A stretch of 64,000 nt of DNA from Alphaproteobacteria bacterium (GCA_965221125.1 CBDCRW010000004.1:416001-480000); one strand, 5' to 3'. Numbered from the stretch's first letter, positions 21,227 through 30,910 are shown. Program-made: numbers and translations. Notes: generated by a model not told the origin, from the letters alone.

Positions 21227-22687
21227 TCAGGCGGGATAGACGTCGGCGCGGAGTGCGTCCGCGAGCGCGGCCACCGCAGGGCCCATCGCCCGGCCCATCG
21301 CCCGGCCCTCCGTCGGCTCGCAAACGATCTCCCTGGCCACGGCTTCGAGCCCGGCCAGCGGCGCGGGCACCGGGCGCTCCGTGACATCCAGGGCGCGCAG
21401 CGCGATCGGCACGAGGCTCGCGAGCGCCATGTCGAGGCAGCGCCCGGCGCGGTCCTGCTTCGACCACGCGAGGAAGACCGGGCTCGCCACGTCGTTCTGC
21501 CCGAAGCCGCCGGATTCGCTGCCGGGCAGCAGGGTGGCCTGGGCGTAGAGGCGGGCCTCCTCCTCGTAGCCGGTCTGGGCCATCGGCAGGCATCCCAGGT
21601 AGGCGCGGGGAGCATCGTCGTCGTCGAGCGCGTTCAGCTGGTGCGGCAGCAGCGAGACGGCGCCGTCCAGGAGCTTCGCGCCGTGGCGTTCGGCAAGCAC
21701 GCAGAGATTGGCCGACGCGGCGGCCACGGCGTCCATGGCGAGCACCGCGTGGGGGTTGTGATAGCCGCCGCTGGTCACGAAGCGGCCGAAGGGATGATCC
21801 TCGTCGGCGTCGTCGACCCAGACCGGGTTGTCCGTCACCGCCTGGAGCGATTCCGACGCGACCTCGGCGGCAAGCGAGGCCGCGCGCCGGGCCTGGCCCA
21901 GCATGCGGGGCAGGATGCGGTAGCTGACGGGCGCCTGGTAGGGGCGCCGGTCTGCGCCGTGGCCGCCCGCCACCAGGTCGCGAAGGCGCTCCAGCGCCCA
22001 GACGTCGTGCGGGTTGTTCCAGTAGTCGGCGAGCGCGGGGTCGAGATGGCTGAGCGGCGCGTCGAAGGCCTCGAAGGAGAGCGCGAAGACCCGCGCCGCC
22101 ACGTCGAGCCGCCGTTCGGCGACGAGTGCAGCATCGGTGACGAGGCCCGTGGCCGCCGGCGAGCCGTTGACCAGGCACATCACGTCCTTGATCGCGGGCT
22201 CGGCGTCCTCGGCGAGGGCCATGAAGAGGTGGCTCAACGACAGGATCTCGCCGGCGCCGCCCTGGCCCATCGCGGGCACCACGGGCATCGCGTCCGCATC
22301 CAGCATGGCGGCGACGCGCCGGGCGATCTCCGGCGAGATGGCGGCGTGGCCTTCCACGAAGTTGGCAAGCCGCGCCAGCACGATGGCGCGGACGACCCGA
22401 TCGGGTAGAGGGTCGCCCCACGACGTGGCGATCCGCGCCGGAGACATGCCGGCCCAGCGCTCGCGCTGCGCGGGCGTCAGCGTCTTGCCGGCGAGCTGGC
22501 CCGGACCCGTGGTCACGCCATAGATGGTGACGTCAGGGTCATGCGCGAGAATGCGTTCCAGACGCTCCCGGCCCTTCGCCATGGCGGCGAGCGCCGTGGC
22601 GCCGAGCTCGACTCCCTCGCCCTCCCAGGCCACCCGGCGGGCGGCTTCGAGCGTGAGATCGGCACGGGTTTGCACGAGTACCGTCAT
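21227..22687 (-). CDS. Aromatic amino acid lyase (HAL/PAL fold) lacking the Ala-Ser-Gly MIO tripeptide
   Basis: YGVTTG, LVNGS, QAPVSYR and TDNPV are present; the MIO segment reads GQGGAGEIL instead of GSVGASGDL. Confidence 0.82.
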   Translation of the reverse strand: MTVLVQTRADLTLEAARRVAWEGEGVELGATALAAMAKGRERLERILAHDPDVTIYGVTTGPGQLAGKTLTPAQRERWAGMSPARIATSWGDPLPDRVVRAIVLARLANFVEGHAAISPEIARRVAAMLDADAMPVVPAMGQGGAGEILSLSHLFMALAEDAEPAIKDVMCLVNGSPAATGLVTDAALVAERRLDVAARVFALSFEAFDAPLSHLDPALADYWNNPHDVWALERLRDLVAGGHGADRRPYQAPVSYRILPRMLGQARRAASLAAEVASESLQAVTDNPVWVDDADEDHPFGRFVTSGGYHNPHAVLAMDAVAAASANLCVLAERHGAKLLDGAVSLLPHQLNALDDDDAPRAYLGCLPMAQTGYEEEARLYAQATLLPGSESGGFGQNDVASPVFLAWSKQDRAGRCLDMALASLVPIALRALDVTERPVPAPLAGLEAVAREIVCEPTEGRAMGRAMGPAVAALADALRADVYPA

Positions 22688-22747
22688 GATCGGAAATGCT
22701 GCTCGGCGAGGCGCGTGGACCCGGAAGTCGGCCGCCCGATGCGGGCC

Positions 22748-23326
22748 CTACTCTGTCTCGGTGCGCCGCAGCTCTTCGAGCTGGGCTGCGGTGTACTGGA
22801 AACCGATGAGTGTCTCGTACCCCAGCCCGAACTCTCCGGGCCTAAGGGGGATCCACTGCTCGATCTCCTCCACCGTCCGTGCGCGCGGGCCGTCATCTTC
22901 GAAGACGATCTCCGCCGTGAAGACTTCCTTGGCCACGATCTGCCGGTCCGGTCTGGCGATGGCGACGAAGAAAGGCACGCTCAGCCGGTCCGTCTCCGCT
23001 GCCGGCCCGCGGGTCGCATCGATGGAGAGCGCGAATTCGACTTCGACGCCGCCGCCTTCCTCGTCGTCGATGCTGTGGTCGCAGTCCGACGCCACGTCGC
23101 GCAGCTCGAGCGCGAAGGCCACGTTCGCGTCGTCGCGTCCCGGCCCCTCGCCGTAGAGGGTGAGCTGGCTGGTCTGCTTGAGCACGCTGACCCTGGGGCA
23201 GGGCGGGGGGTCGTCGAACGGGTTGCAGCCGGCGAGAACGACAAGCACGGCCGCGGCGAGAGCCGCCCTGCCCGCACTCGCAAGGCTGCGGCGCCGACGC
23301 AGAGACCCGGTGGCGGTGGGCAGCAT
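22748..23326 (-). CDS. Hypothetical lipoprotein
   Basis: Lipobox LAGC followed by PPPCPRVSV; GPAA...VPFFVAI and IGFQ segments. Confidence 0.7.
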   Translation of the reverse strand: MLPTATGSLRRRRSLASAGRAALAAAVLVVLAGCNPFDDPPPCPRVSVLKQTSQLTLYGEGPGRDDANVAFALELRDVASDCDHSIDDEEGGGVEVEFALSIDATRGPAAETDRLSVPFFVAIARPDRQIVAKEVFTAEIVFEDDGPRARTVEEIEQWIPLRPGEFGLGYETLIGFQYTAAQLEELRRTETE

Positions 23327-23343
23327 GTCGGGTTAGCGCGCGC

Positions 23344-23583
23344 TCAGAGCGTGTTGTGGGTGCCGTCGCAGTGCGGCTGGCTCCCGGTCCGCTTGCAGCC
23401 GCAGAGCCACGCGGTCTCGCTCTCCTCCGCGGTGAACATGATGGGGCGGATGTCGGTTTCCTTGTGCGAGCCGTCGCAGAAGGGCTGGGTGGCGCTGAGC
23501 CCGCAGGCGCACCAGAAATATTTTTTTCCGGCGACGAGCTCAGTCTCGTAGGGTTCCGCCTGGGCGACGACGGGTTCGCTCAT
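23344..23583 (-). CDS. CDGSH iron-sulfur domain protein (two motifs)
   Basis: WCACGLSATQPFCDGSH and LCGCKRTGSQPHCDGTH. Confidence 0.92.
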   Translation of the reverse strand: MSEPVVAQAEPYETELVAGKKYFWCACGLSATQPFCDGSHKETDIRPIMFTAEESETAWLCGCKRTGSQPHCDGTHNTL

Positions 23584-23735
23584 GGTGGGCTGCCTCGACG
23601 GTCTGAAGGGTTGGATTGGACGGGCTCACTCTAGCCGCGCACCCCATGGCGGACAAGGCTGCCCATGCAGATCGCTTGATCCTGCCTGGAGTTGCGGGCT
23701 AGGGTGCGCCGCCTTTTGCGGGGGCGTGGAGCGCC

Positions 23736-24758
23736 ATGACAGCAGCACCTGGCTTTGTCGAACTGATCGGAAACACGCCGCTGATCCGGCTGCAGGGCGC
23801 GTCCGACGCGACCGGCTGCGAGATCCTCGGCAAGTGCGAGTTCCTGAACCCCGGCGGCTCGGTCAAGGATCGGGCTGCGCTCTTCATCATCCGCGATGCC
23901 GAGCGCCGCGGCGTGCTGAAGCCGGGCGGGACCATCGTCGAAGGCACGGCCGGCAACACCGGCATCGGGCTTGCGCTGGTGGGCAACGCCCTCGGCTACC
24001 GCTCGGTGATCGTGATTCCGGAGACCCAGAGCCAGGAGAAGAAGGACATGCTCAGGCTCTGCGGGGCCGAGCTGATCCAGGTGCCGGCGGTGCCCTATCG
24101 CGATCCCAACAACTACGTGAAGTATTCCGGCCGGCTCGCCGACGAGCTCGCCGGGAAGGAGCCGAACGGCGCGGTCTGGGCCAACCAGTTCGACAACATC
24201 GCCAACCGCCAGGCTCACATCGAGACCACGGGCCCCGAGATCTGGGAGCAGACCGGCGGCAAGGTCGACGGCTTCATCTGCGCCGTCGGCACCGGCGGCA
24301 CGCTGGCCGGCGTCGGCATGGCGCTCAAGGAGCGCAATCCCTCGGTCACGATCGGCCTCGCCGACCCGATGGGGGCCGCGCTCTACAACCACTATGCCCA
24401 CGGCGAGCTCAAGGCTGAGGGCAGCTCGATCACGGAGGGGATCGGGCAAGGCCGGATCACGGCCAACCTCGAGGACGCGCCCATCGACGTGCCGTTCCAG
24501 ATTCCGGATGCCGAAGCGCTACCCGTAATCTTCGATCTGGCGCAGAACGAAGGCCACATCATGGGCGGCTCGACGGGCATCAACGTGGCCGGCGCGATCA
24601 GGCTGGCGAGCGAGATGGGCCCCGGCCACACCATCGTCACCGTGCTCTGCGATTACGGCACCCGCTACTTCAGCAAGCTCTTCAATGCCGCGTTCCTGCG
24701 CGAGCGCGATCTGCCGGTGCCGCCCTGGCTCGACGACGCCCCCGATGCCGCAGACTGA
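23736..24758 (+). CDS. cysK: Cysteine synthase A family protein
   Basis: NPGGSVKDR (PLP lysine), EGTAGNTG, GTGGT, TEGIG. Confidence 0.88.
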   Translation: MTAAPGFVELIGNTPLIRLQGASDATGCEILGKCEFLNPGGSVKDRAALFIIRDAERRGVLKPGGTIVEGTAGNTGIGLALVGNALGYRSVIVIPETQSQEKKDMLRLCGAELIQVPAVPYRDPNNYVKYSGRLADELAGKEPNGAVWANQFDNIANRQAHIETTGPEIWEQTGGKVDGFICAVGTGGTLAGVGMALKERNPSVTIGLADPMGAALYNHYAHGELKAEGSSITEGIGQGRITANLEDAPIDVPFQIPDAEALPVIFDLAQNEGHIMGGSTGINVAGAIRLASEMGPGHTIVTVLCDYGTRYFSKLFNAAFLRERDLPVPPWLDDAPDAAD

Positions 24759-25461
24759 GCTGCTGTTCCGCGCCGATCCCTACGCGCGCTCCTGCGAGGC
24801 GACAGTCAGCGCGGTGGAGGCCGGAGCGGTGCAGCTCGACCGCACGGTCTTCTATCCCATGGGCGGCGGCCAGCCCGGCGATACCGGAGTCCTGCGCGCG
24901 GACGACGGCACCGAGTTCGCCGTGCACGACACGCGCAAGGGCGAGGGCGCGGACGAGGTGCTGCATCTGATCGACCCCGACTCCGCGCTGGCGCCGGGAA
25001 GCCGCGTGGTCGCCGAGATCGACTGGGAGCGCCGCTACCGCCACATGCGCATGCACACCTGCCTGCACCTGCTGAGCGCCGTCATCGACGCGCCGGTGAC
25101 CGGCGGGCAGCTCACGGCGGAGAAGGGACGGCTCGACTTCGATGTCGATGTCAGGCTGGAGAAGGCAGCCGTTCAGGACGCGCTCAATGCCCTCATCGCG
25201 CGGGACTTTCCGGTCGCGGCGCGCTGGATCAGCGACGAGGCGCTGGCGGCACAGCCCGAGCTGGTGCGGACCATGCGGGTCAAGCCACCGAGCGGTCAAG
25301 GCCAGGTCAGGCTGATCGACGTGAAGGGCATCGACCTGCAGCCCTGCGGCGGCACCCACGTCGCGCGTACCGGCGAGATCGGGCCGGTCATCGTCCGCAA
25401 GATCGAGAGCAAGGGTAGGCAGAACCGGCGCGTCTCGCTCGCCTTCGGAGACCCCGCATGA
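24745..25461 (+). CDS. Alanyl-tRNA editing protein (AlaX)
   Basis: FYPMGGGQPGD, HTCLH, QPCGGTH. Confidence 0.92.
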   Translation: MPQTELLFRADPYARSCEATVSAVEAGAVQLDRTVFYPMGGGQPGDTGVLRADDGTEFAVHDTRKGEGADEVLHLIDPDSALAPGSRVVAEIDWERRYRHMRMHTCLHLLSAVIDAPVTGGQLTAEKGRLDFDVDVRLEKAAVQDALNALIARDFPVAARWISDEALAAQPELVRTMRVKPPSGQGQVRLIDVKGIDLQPCGGTHVARTGEIGPVIVRKIESKGRQNRRVSLAFGDPA

Positions 25462-26327
25462 GCGGCGACGGGACGCCGCTGGTCGTAACGACCGCCTGGC
25501 TCGCCGCAGAGAGCGGCGCCGGCAGCGCGGTGCGGGTGCTGGACGGCTCGTGGCACCTGCCGGCCGCGGCGCGCGATCCGGCCGCCGAGTTCCTGGCGGC
25601 CCACATCCCCGGCGCGGCCTTCTTCGATATCGACGGCATCAGCGACCCCGACTCGTCGCTGCCGCACATGCTGCCGTCCCCGGCGCACTTCGCGGAGAGC
25701 GTCTCGGCGCTCGGGGTCGGCAACGACTCGCATGTCGTGGTATACGATACCGTCGGCCTCTACAGCGCGGCGCGGGTGTGGTGGATGTTTCGCGTATTCG
25801 GCCACGAGCGCGTTTCGGTTCTCGCCGGCGGTCTGCCCCGCTGGCAGGCGGAAGGCCGCCCGGTTGAGCGCGGCACGCCCGCGATCGCGCCGGGCGCGTT
25901 CACGGCCCAGGCCGCCGACGAGACGATGGTGCGCTCGTTCGAGCAGGTGCGCGCGACGCTCGGCACGGGCGGCGCGCAGATCGTGGATGCGCGCGCGGCC
26001 GCCCGCTTCACCGGCGAGGATCCGGGGCCCCGGCCCGATCTCCCGCGCGGCCACATTCCCGGTAGCCACAACGTCCCCTTCGACGCCGTGCTCGACGATG
26101 ACGACGGCGCGCTGGGCGATGCCGCGGCGATACGCCGCGCGTTCGCGGAGGCCGGCGTCGATCCCGCCCGGCCGGTCATCGCCACGTGCGGGTCAGGCGT
26201 CACCGCGTGCACACTGGCGCTCGCGCTTGCTGCGATCGGGGCCGAGCAGGTCGCCGTCTACGACGGCTCCTGGTCCGACTGGGGCAGCCGCGCGGACGCG
26301 CCGGTGGAAAGCGGCGGCCCCGCCTAG
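25458..26327 (+). CDS. sseA: 3-mercaptopyruvate sulfurtransferase
   Basis: HIPGA, two rhodanese domains, active-site CGSGVT, YDGSWSDW. Confidence 0.92.
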   Translation: MSGDGTPLVVTTAWLAAESGAGSAVRVLDGSWHLPAAARDPAAEFLAAHIPGAAFFDIDGISDPDSSLPHMLPSPAHFAESVSALGVGNDSHVVVYDTVGLYSAARVWWMFRVFGHERVSVLAGGLPRWQAEGRPVERGTPAIAPGAFTAQAADETMVRSFEQVRATLGTGGAQIVDARAAARFTGEDPGPRPDLPRGHIPGSHNVPFDAVLDDDDGALGDAAAIRRAFAEAGVDPARPVIATCGSGVTACTLALALAAIGAEQVAVYDGSWSDWGSRADAPVESGGPA

Positions 26328-26339
26328 ACGAGACGAAGG

Positions 26340-27296
26340 ATGCGACGGCGGACGGCATTCACCATCGCGGCCGTGTTGACGGCGTGGCTCACCGTGGCGG
26401 CGACAGGCGGCGCCACGGCGCCGGAGCCAGAGGGCTCGGCCCCGCCCAGCGACATGATCGGCCAGATGCGCCACATCGTCGCCGATTACGAGGACACGCT
26501 GCTGGACCTCGCACGCGCCAACGGTCTCGGCTACGTCGAGATGATCGCGGCCAACCGCGGCATCGATCCCTGGGTCCCCGGCAAGAGCACGTCGGTCGTC
26601 CTGCCCACCGCGCACGTGCTCCCCGATGCCGAGCGCGTCGGCCTGGTGGTCAACCTGGCCGAGCACCGCCTCTACTATTTCGGCCCGCCGGGCACGGAGC
26701 CCGTGACCTTTCCCCTAGGCGTCGGCAGGGAGGGGTGGTCGACGCCCCTCGGCACGACCGAGATCGTCCGCAAGAAGGAGGCGCCGAGCTGGTACCCGCC
26801 TGAATCGATCCGCGCCAAGAAGCCGGATCTGCCCAAGGTCGTGCCGCCGGGGCCCCACAATCCCCTCGGCAGTCATGCGCTCTATTTCGACTGGCCAGCC
26901 TACCTGATCCACGGCACCAACCGGCCGTGGGGGATCGGCCGGCGCGTGAGTCACGGCTGCATCCGCCTCTACCCCGAGGACATCGCCCGGCTATACGAGC
27001 TCGTGCCGATCGGCACGCCGGTCCAGGTCATCAGCCAGGCGGTCAAGATCGGCTGGTACGAGGGAGAGCTCTACATCGAGGCGCACCCCGAGTCCGGTCA
27101 GGCGGACGAGCTCGAGAGCACCGGCCAAATAAGGAGCGTCGACGCGCGCTCCCGCGCCGACGCTCTTTACCGGATCACAACTTTGGCAGGTGCCGACCGG
27201 GACCGACTTAACTGGCACCTTATCCGAAAGGCTTTCGAGGAACGGTCGGGCGTCCCCGTCCGCGTCACCCTGGACCGAACCGGGCCCTCGGCCTAG
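26340..27296 (+). CDS. L,D-transpeptidase (ErfK/YbiS/YcfS family)
   Basis: Signal peptide, LysM-like segment, PPGPHNPLG, IHGTN...SHGCIRL catalytic motif. Confidence 0.92.
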   Translation: MRRRTAFTIAAVLTAWLTVAATGGATAPEPEGSAPPSDMIGQMRHIVADYEDTLLDLARANGLGYVEMIAANRGIDPWVPGKSTSVVLPTAHVLPDAERVGLVVNLAEHRLYYFGPPGTEPVTFPLGVGREGWSTPLGTTEIVRKKEAPSWYPPESIRAKKPDLPKVVPPGPHNPLGSHALYFDWPAYLIHGTNRPWGIGRRVSHGCIRLYPEDIARLYELVPIGTPVQVISQAVKIGWYEGELYIEAHPESGQADELESTGQIRSVDARSRADALYRITTLAGADRDRLNWHLIRKAFEERSGVPVRVTLDRTGPSA

Positions 27297-27336
27297 CCCC
27301 GGCCGGGCGGCGCGCGATGGCCGCCCGCCCGAACTG

Positions 27337-27645
27337 CTACTTGCGCATCCCCTTCTGGAAGATGCGGTCCGCCTTGTCCGCGGCCGCCTGCGCTGCCTCG
27401 GCCGCTTCCTGAGCCGCCGCAGCCGCAGCCGCAGCGTTCTGGTTGGCCTCTTCCACCGCCGCTCTCAGCTCGTCGACGGCGACCATCGCGGCGTTGGCGG
27501 TCTGCATGGCTTCCGTCGCCATCGCTTCCGCGCCGGCTATGGCGGCTGCCGTTTGCTCCTGCTCGGCAGCAGATTGGCAACCCGCGGCAACCGCCAGCGG
27601 AAGGGCGACAATCGCAATCCGCAGCGCCCACGATTTGTTGAGCAT
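27337..27645 (-). CDS. Lpp/OprI-like alanine-zipper lipoprotein
   Basis: Lipobox AAGC, Ala-rich coiled coil, C-terminus KADRIFQKGMRK ending in Lys. Confidence 0.78.
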   Translation of the reverse strand: MLNKSWALRIAIVALPLAVAAGCQSAAEQEQTAAAIAGAEAMATEAMQTANAAMVAVDELRAAVEEANQNAAAAAAAAQEAAEAAQAAADKADRIFQKGMRK

Positions 27646-27812
27646 GGCCTCCTCCTGGCTCCAATGGGTCGCTCGGAGTTGACGGCGATTCGCCTAATGG
27701 AGTCAAGGAAATCCCCCGTAATTCTGCCGGATTGCGCCTCGACCTGCGAATTTTCCGCACGCCCCGAGCCTTGTGCTTTACCCAGGCAGGGCGAAGCCCT
27801 TACTCTCGCATT

Positions 27813-28394
27813 ATGGACCCAACGTCTCCGCACCCTTCGGGCGAAGCCGCCGACGGTGGCAGGTCCGGCGCGCCGGCTCTCTTCGATGCGGTGCTGGCGC
27901 CCAACCGCTCGCTCGGGCGCGCCGGCTTCGTTGCGGTCATGGCCGGCGTCATCGTGGTGAGCGTCGGCCTCGGCACCTACTTCCTGCTCCAGGGCGCGTG
28001 GCCGGTGTTCGGCTTCTTCGGCCTCGACATCCTGCTGCTCTATCTCGCCTTCCGGCTGAGCTACCGCTCGGGCCGCCTGCGGGAGACCATACGGGTCACC
28101 GCCGACGAGGTCGTCGTCCGCCGCATCGCGCCCAACGGGCGCGTGACGGAGTGGCGCTTCAACCCCTACTGGCTTCGCGTCGCCCTCGCCGAGCCGGTGG
28201 AGCACGCAAGCCAGATCACGCTCACCTCGCACGGACGTTCCATCGTCGTCGGCCACTTCCTCGCGCCGGAAGAGCGGGCGAGCCTGGTGAAGGCGCTGCG
28301 TGACGCGCTCGGCGAGGCCAACCGGCGCTACGCCGGCGCTCCGCTGGAGCAAGGCGCGCCGGAAGGAGACGCGGCAGCGGCCCGGCGCAGTTAG
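27813..28394 (+). CDS. DUF2244 family membrane protein
   Basis: PNRSL, GAWPVFGFFGLD, FNPYW, GHFLAPEERASL. Confidence 0.88.
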   Translation: MDPTSPHPSGEAADGGRSGAPALFDAVLAPNRSLGRAGFVAVMAGVIVVSVGLGTYFLLQGAWPVFGFFGLDILLLYLAFRLSYRSGRLRETIRVTADEVVVRRIAPNGRVTEWRFNPYWLRVALAEPVEHASQITLTSHGRSIVVGHFLAPEERASLVKALRDALGEANRRYAGAPLEQGAPEGDAAAARRS

Positions 28395-28406
28395 AGCGTT
28401 TCCGTC

Positions 28407-28418
28407 CTACACGGAAAC
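28407..28418 (+). repeat. attL core (12-bp direct repeat CTACACGGAAAC)
   Basis: Identical to 56718-56729; preceded by AGAGCGTTTCCGT, the left arm of the rebuilt palindrome. Confidence 0.85.
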
Positions 28419-28537
28419 ACGCACCTTCGGTGCTAAGCAGCTGATTCGATTGCGATGATCTTCCATTTCTATTGCCACCGGGCGCGGAATTCAAGCCGAT
28501 TCCGCACTCCGCTGCAACAGATCGGAGACGCGCAATC

Positions 28538-29665
28538 ATGCCAACCATCCGCCTCACCCAGCGCAGAGTCGACGCCCTTCGTCCCCGCCGCAAGGTGCGC
28601 GACATCCGGGACGCCGAGCTGAAGGGGTACGGCGTCCGGGTCATGCCCTCCGGCACCCGGCGCTACTTCATCCACAGCCAGCACAGGGGCAAACGAGTTT
28701 GGAAGATCATAGGCGACGCGGCGGCGATCGCCGAGCCCGAGGCGCGGGTCAGGGCCAGGTCGATGCTCGCCGCGTTGCGCGACGGCCGGGAGCCCGATGC
28801 GGCGGACCCCGGCGGCACCCTCTTCGAGACGGTCGCCGAGGAGGTCTTCGACCGCTACGGCCGCCGCTGGAAGCCGCGCACCCTGGACGTAAACCGGGCC
28901 TACCTCCGCCGGCAGATATTGCCCTTCTTCGCGGGCAAGCCCATCGGAGAGATAACCAAGGAGGACGTGCGGGCCTGGTTCCGCTCTCTTCACGCGACGC
29001 CCGCCGCCGCGAACCGCTCGGCACCGATCCTCTCGGTCATCATGCAGCAGGCCGAGGTCTGGGGATACCGCCCGGAGGACAGCAACCCCTGCGCCGGGAT
29101 CCGCCGCTACCGACAGGGACGGTCCGAGCGCTTCCTCACCCCCGAGGAGTATCGCCGCCTCGCCGCAGTGCTGGGCCGGCACGAGGCCGACCGCCCCCTG
29201 CACGTGGCCGCCCTGCGTCTGCTGCTGCTCACCGGGTGCCGCAAGTCGGAGATACTGACCCTTCAATGGCGCTCCTACCGGGAGGGGCGGCTCTATCTGC
29301 CCGACAGCAAAGTCGGCCCACGCACGGTCTGGCTGTGCGAGGCGGCGCGCGATGTTCTCGATAGCATGCCCCGATCCTCCGGATGGATCTTCCCGGTCGC
29401 CGGTCGGCGCACCCCGTGGATGTGGCTGGATTACTTCTGGCGCGGCGTGAGGGAGGAAGCCGGGCTGCAGGATGTCCGCCTGCACGACACCAGACATTCC
29501 TACGCCAGCATGGCACTGCTCTCCGGCGAGAGCGTGCGCACCGTCGGCCGCCTGCTCGGTCACGAGAAGGCGTCGACCACGCTGAAATACGCTCACCTGT
29601 CCGACGCCACGGTCCGCGACGCAGTCGAGACCCTGTCTCCCGTCCTGTCGGGGAACCGGCCATGA
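28538..29665 (+). CDS. Tyrosine recombinase/integrase 1 (with N-terminal arm-binding domain)
   Basis: N-terminal RDAELKGYGVRVMPSG; catalytic TGCRKSE, DSK, LHDTRH, LGH, KYAH. Confidence 0.93.
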   Translation: MPTIRLTQRRVDALRPRRKVRDIRDAELKGYGVRVMPSGTRRYFIHSQHRGKRVWKIIGDAAAIAEPEARVRARSMLAALRDGREPDAADPGGTLFETVAEEVFDRYGRRWKPRTLDVNRAYLRRQILPFFAGKPIGEITKEDVRAWFRSLHATPAAANRSAPILSVIMQQAEVWGYRPEDSNPCAGIRRYRQGRSERFLTPEEYRRLAAVLGRHEADRPLHVAALRLLLLTGCRKSEILTLQWRSYREGRLYLPDSKVGPRTVWLCEAARDVLDSMPRSSGWIFPVAGRRTPWMWLDYFWRGVREEAGLQDVRLHDTRHSYASMALLSGESVRTVGRLLGHEKASTTLKYAHLSDATVRDAVETLSPVLSGNRP

Positions 29666-30849
29666 AGGGGCGGAGGGTCCGGCTGACGGACGCGGGCGTC
29701 GGCAAGTTGAAGCCGCACACGACGGAATACGCGGTCTGGGACAGCGAGGTGCCCGGCCTCGGCGTGCGGGTACGCCCGTCCGGGCATCGCAGCTTCGTCT
29801 GGCACGGGCGCGTCCAGGGAGAGCCGGTCAGGGCGACCCTCGGCCCGGCCGCGCTCATGACCGTCGAGGACGCCCGGAAGGAAGCCCTGGCGCTCCGCTT
29901 GGGAACCGCCCCGCACAAGGCGGAAGGACGTTTCGGCGCTCCCCTGTTCCGCGACTTCGTCCAGAACGAGTGGATGCCGGCGTACCGCGGTCGCTGCGCC
30001 CCGTCGTCCTGCCGGTTCGCCAATCGTGTGCTTGAACGGCAGTTGATCCCCGCCTTCGGCCAACTCCCGCTGGACGCCATCCGGCGGATCGGCGTCGAAC
30101 GCTGGTTCGACGCCTACAGCCGTACCGCGCCGGGCGGAGCAAACAAGGCGCTCGAGATCCTCGGCCAAATCATGAACGCCGCCCTCGCCGCCGGCCATGT
30201 CGGGACCGCTCCCGTGAAGGGCATCGCGAAGAACCCCCGCCCGAAACTCACCCGGTTCCTCTCCGCCGAAGAGATCGAAAGGCTTCACCGCGTCCTTGAT
30301 CGGCTGGTCGGGGAGCGGCCCTCCCGCCGGCAGCAGGCCGACGTCATCCGGCTGCTCCTGCTCACCGGCTGCCGGGTGGGCGAGATCCTCAAGCTCCAAT
30401 GGCCGGAGGTCGACGGCGACCACCTCAATCTCGCCGACACCAAGACCGGGCCGCGCAGGGTCTGGCTGAGCCAGGCCGCGCAGGCCATCCTTGCCCGCCA
30501 GCCGCGTGCCGCAAGCCTCTACGTGTTCCCCTCCCCAAGGCATCCTGACAAGCCACTTTCACACGCACTTCACCTCTGGCGCCGGGCGCGGAAGGAAGCC
30601 GGGCTCGACGACGTTCGCCTGCACGATCTCAGGCATACCGTTGCCAGCCAGGCCGTCGCCCGGGGCGTTCCGCTCTCCACCGTCGCGCGCATGCTCGGCC
30701 ACGCCGACCCCACAATGACCCTGCGATACGCCCATGTCGGCGACCGCGATCTGCAGGCCGCCGCCGAGCGCATCGGAAAGTCCATCGGGGCCGCAATGGC
30801 GGGTGGCGAGGCGCCAACAGCACCATCAGTCCATAGGGTGCACGGTTAG
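29662..30849 (+). CDS. Tyrosine recombinase/integrase 2 (with N-terminal arm-binding domain)
   Basis: ATGA overlap with integrase 1; WDSEVPGLGVRVRPSG; catalytic TGCRVGE, DTK, LHDLRH, LGH, RYAH. Confidence 0.93.
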   Translation: MKGRRVRLTDAGVGKLKPHTTEYAVWDSEVPGLGVRVRPSGHRSFVWHGRVQGEPVRATLGPAALMTVEDARKEALALRLGTAPHKAEGRFGAPLFRDFVQNEWMPAYRGRCAPSSCRFANRVLERQLIPAFGQLPLDAIRRIGVERWFDAYSRTAPGGANKALEILGQIMNAALAAGHVGTAPVKGIAKNPRPKLTRFLSAEEIERLHRVLDRLVGERPSRRQQADVIRLLLLTGCRVGEILKLQWPEVDGDHLNLADTKTGPRRVWLSQAAQAILARQPRAASLYVFPSPRHPDKPLSHALHLWRRARKEAGLDDVRLHDLRHTVASQAVARGVPLSTVARMLGHADPTMTLRYAHVGDRDLQAAAERIGKSIGAAMAGGEAPTAPSVHRVHG

Positions 30850-30880
30850 CAGGCGGGAAATCAGGGTCTCTTCCCAACGT

Positions 30881-30910
30881 GACCCCGGAGGCTGCCATTG
30901 TTCCGGGGTC
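30881..30910. terminator. Strong hairpin downstream of the integrase pair
   Basis: GACCCCGGA (30881-30889) pairs perfectly with TCCGGGGTC (30902-30910); no U-tract. Confidence 0.45.

Noticed and set aside
28380-28470. tRNA or tmRNA as the integration site
   Set aside because: No cloverleaf, T-loop GTTCGA or CCA end at either boundary.
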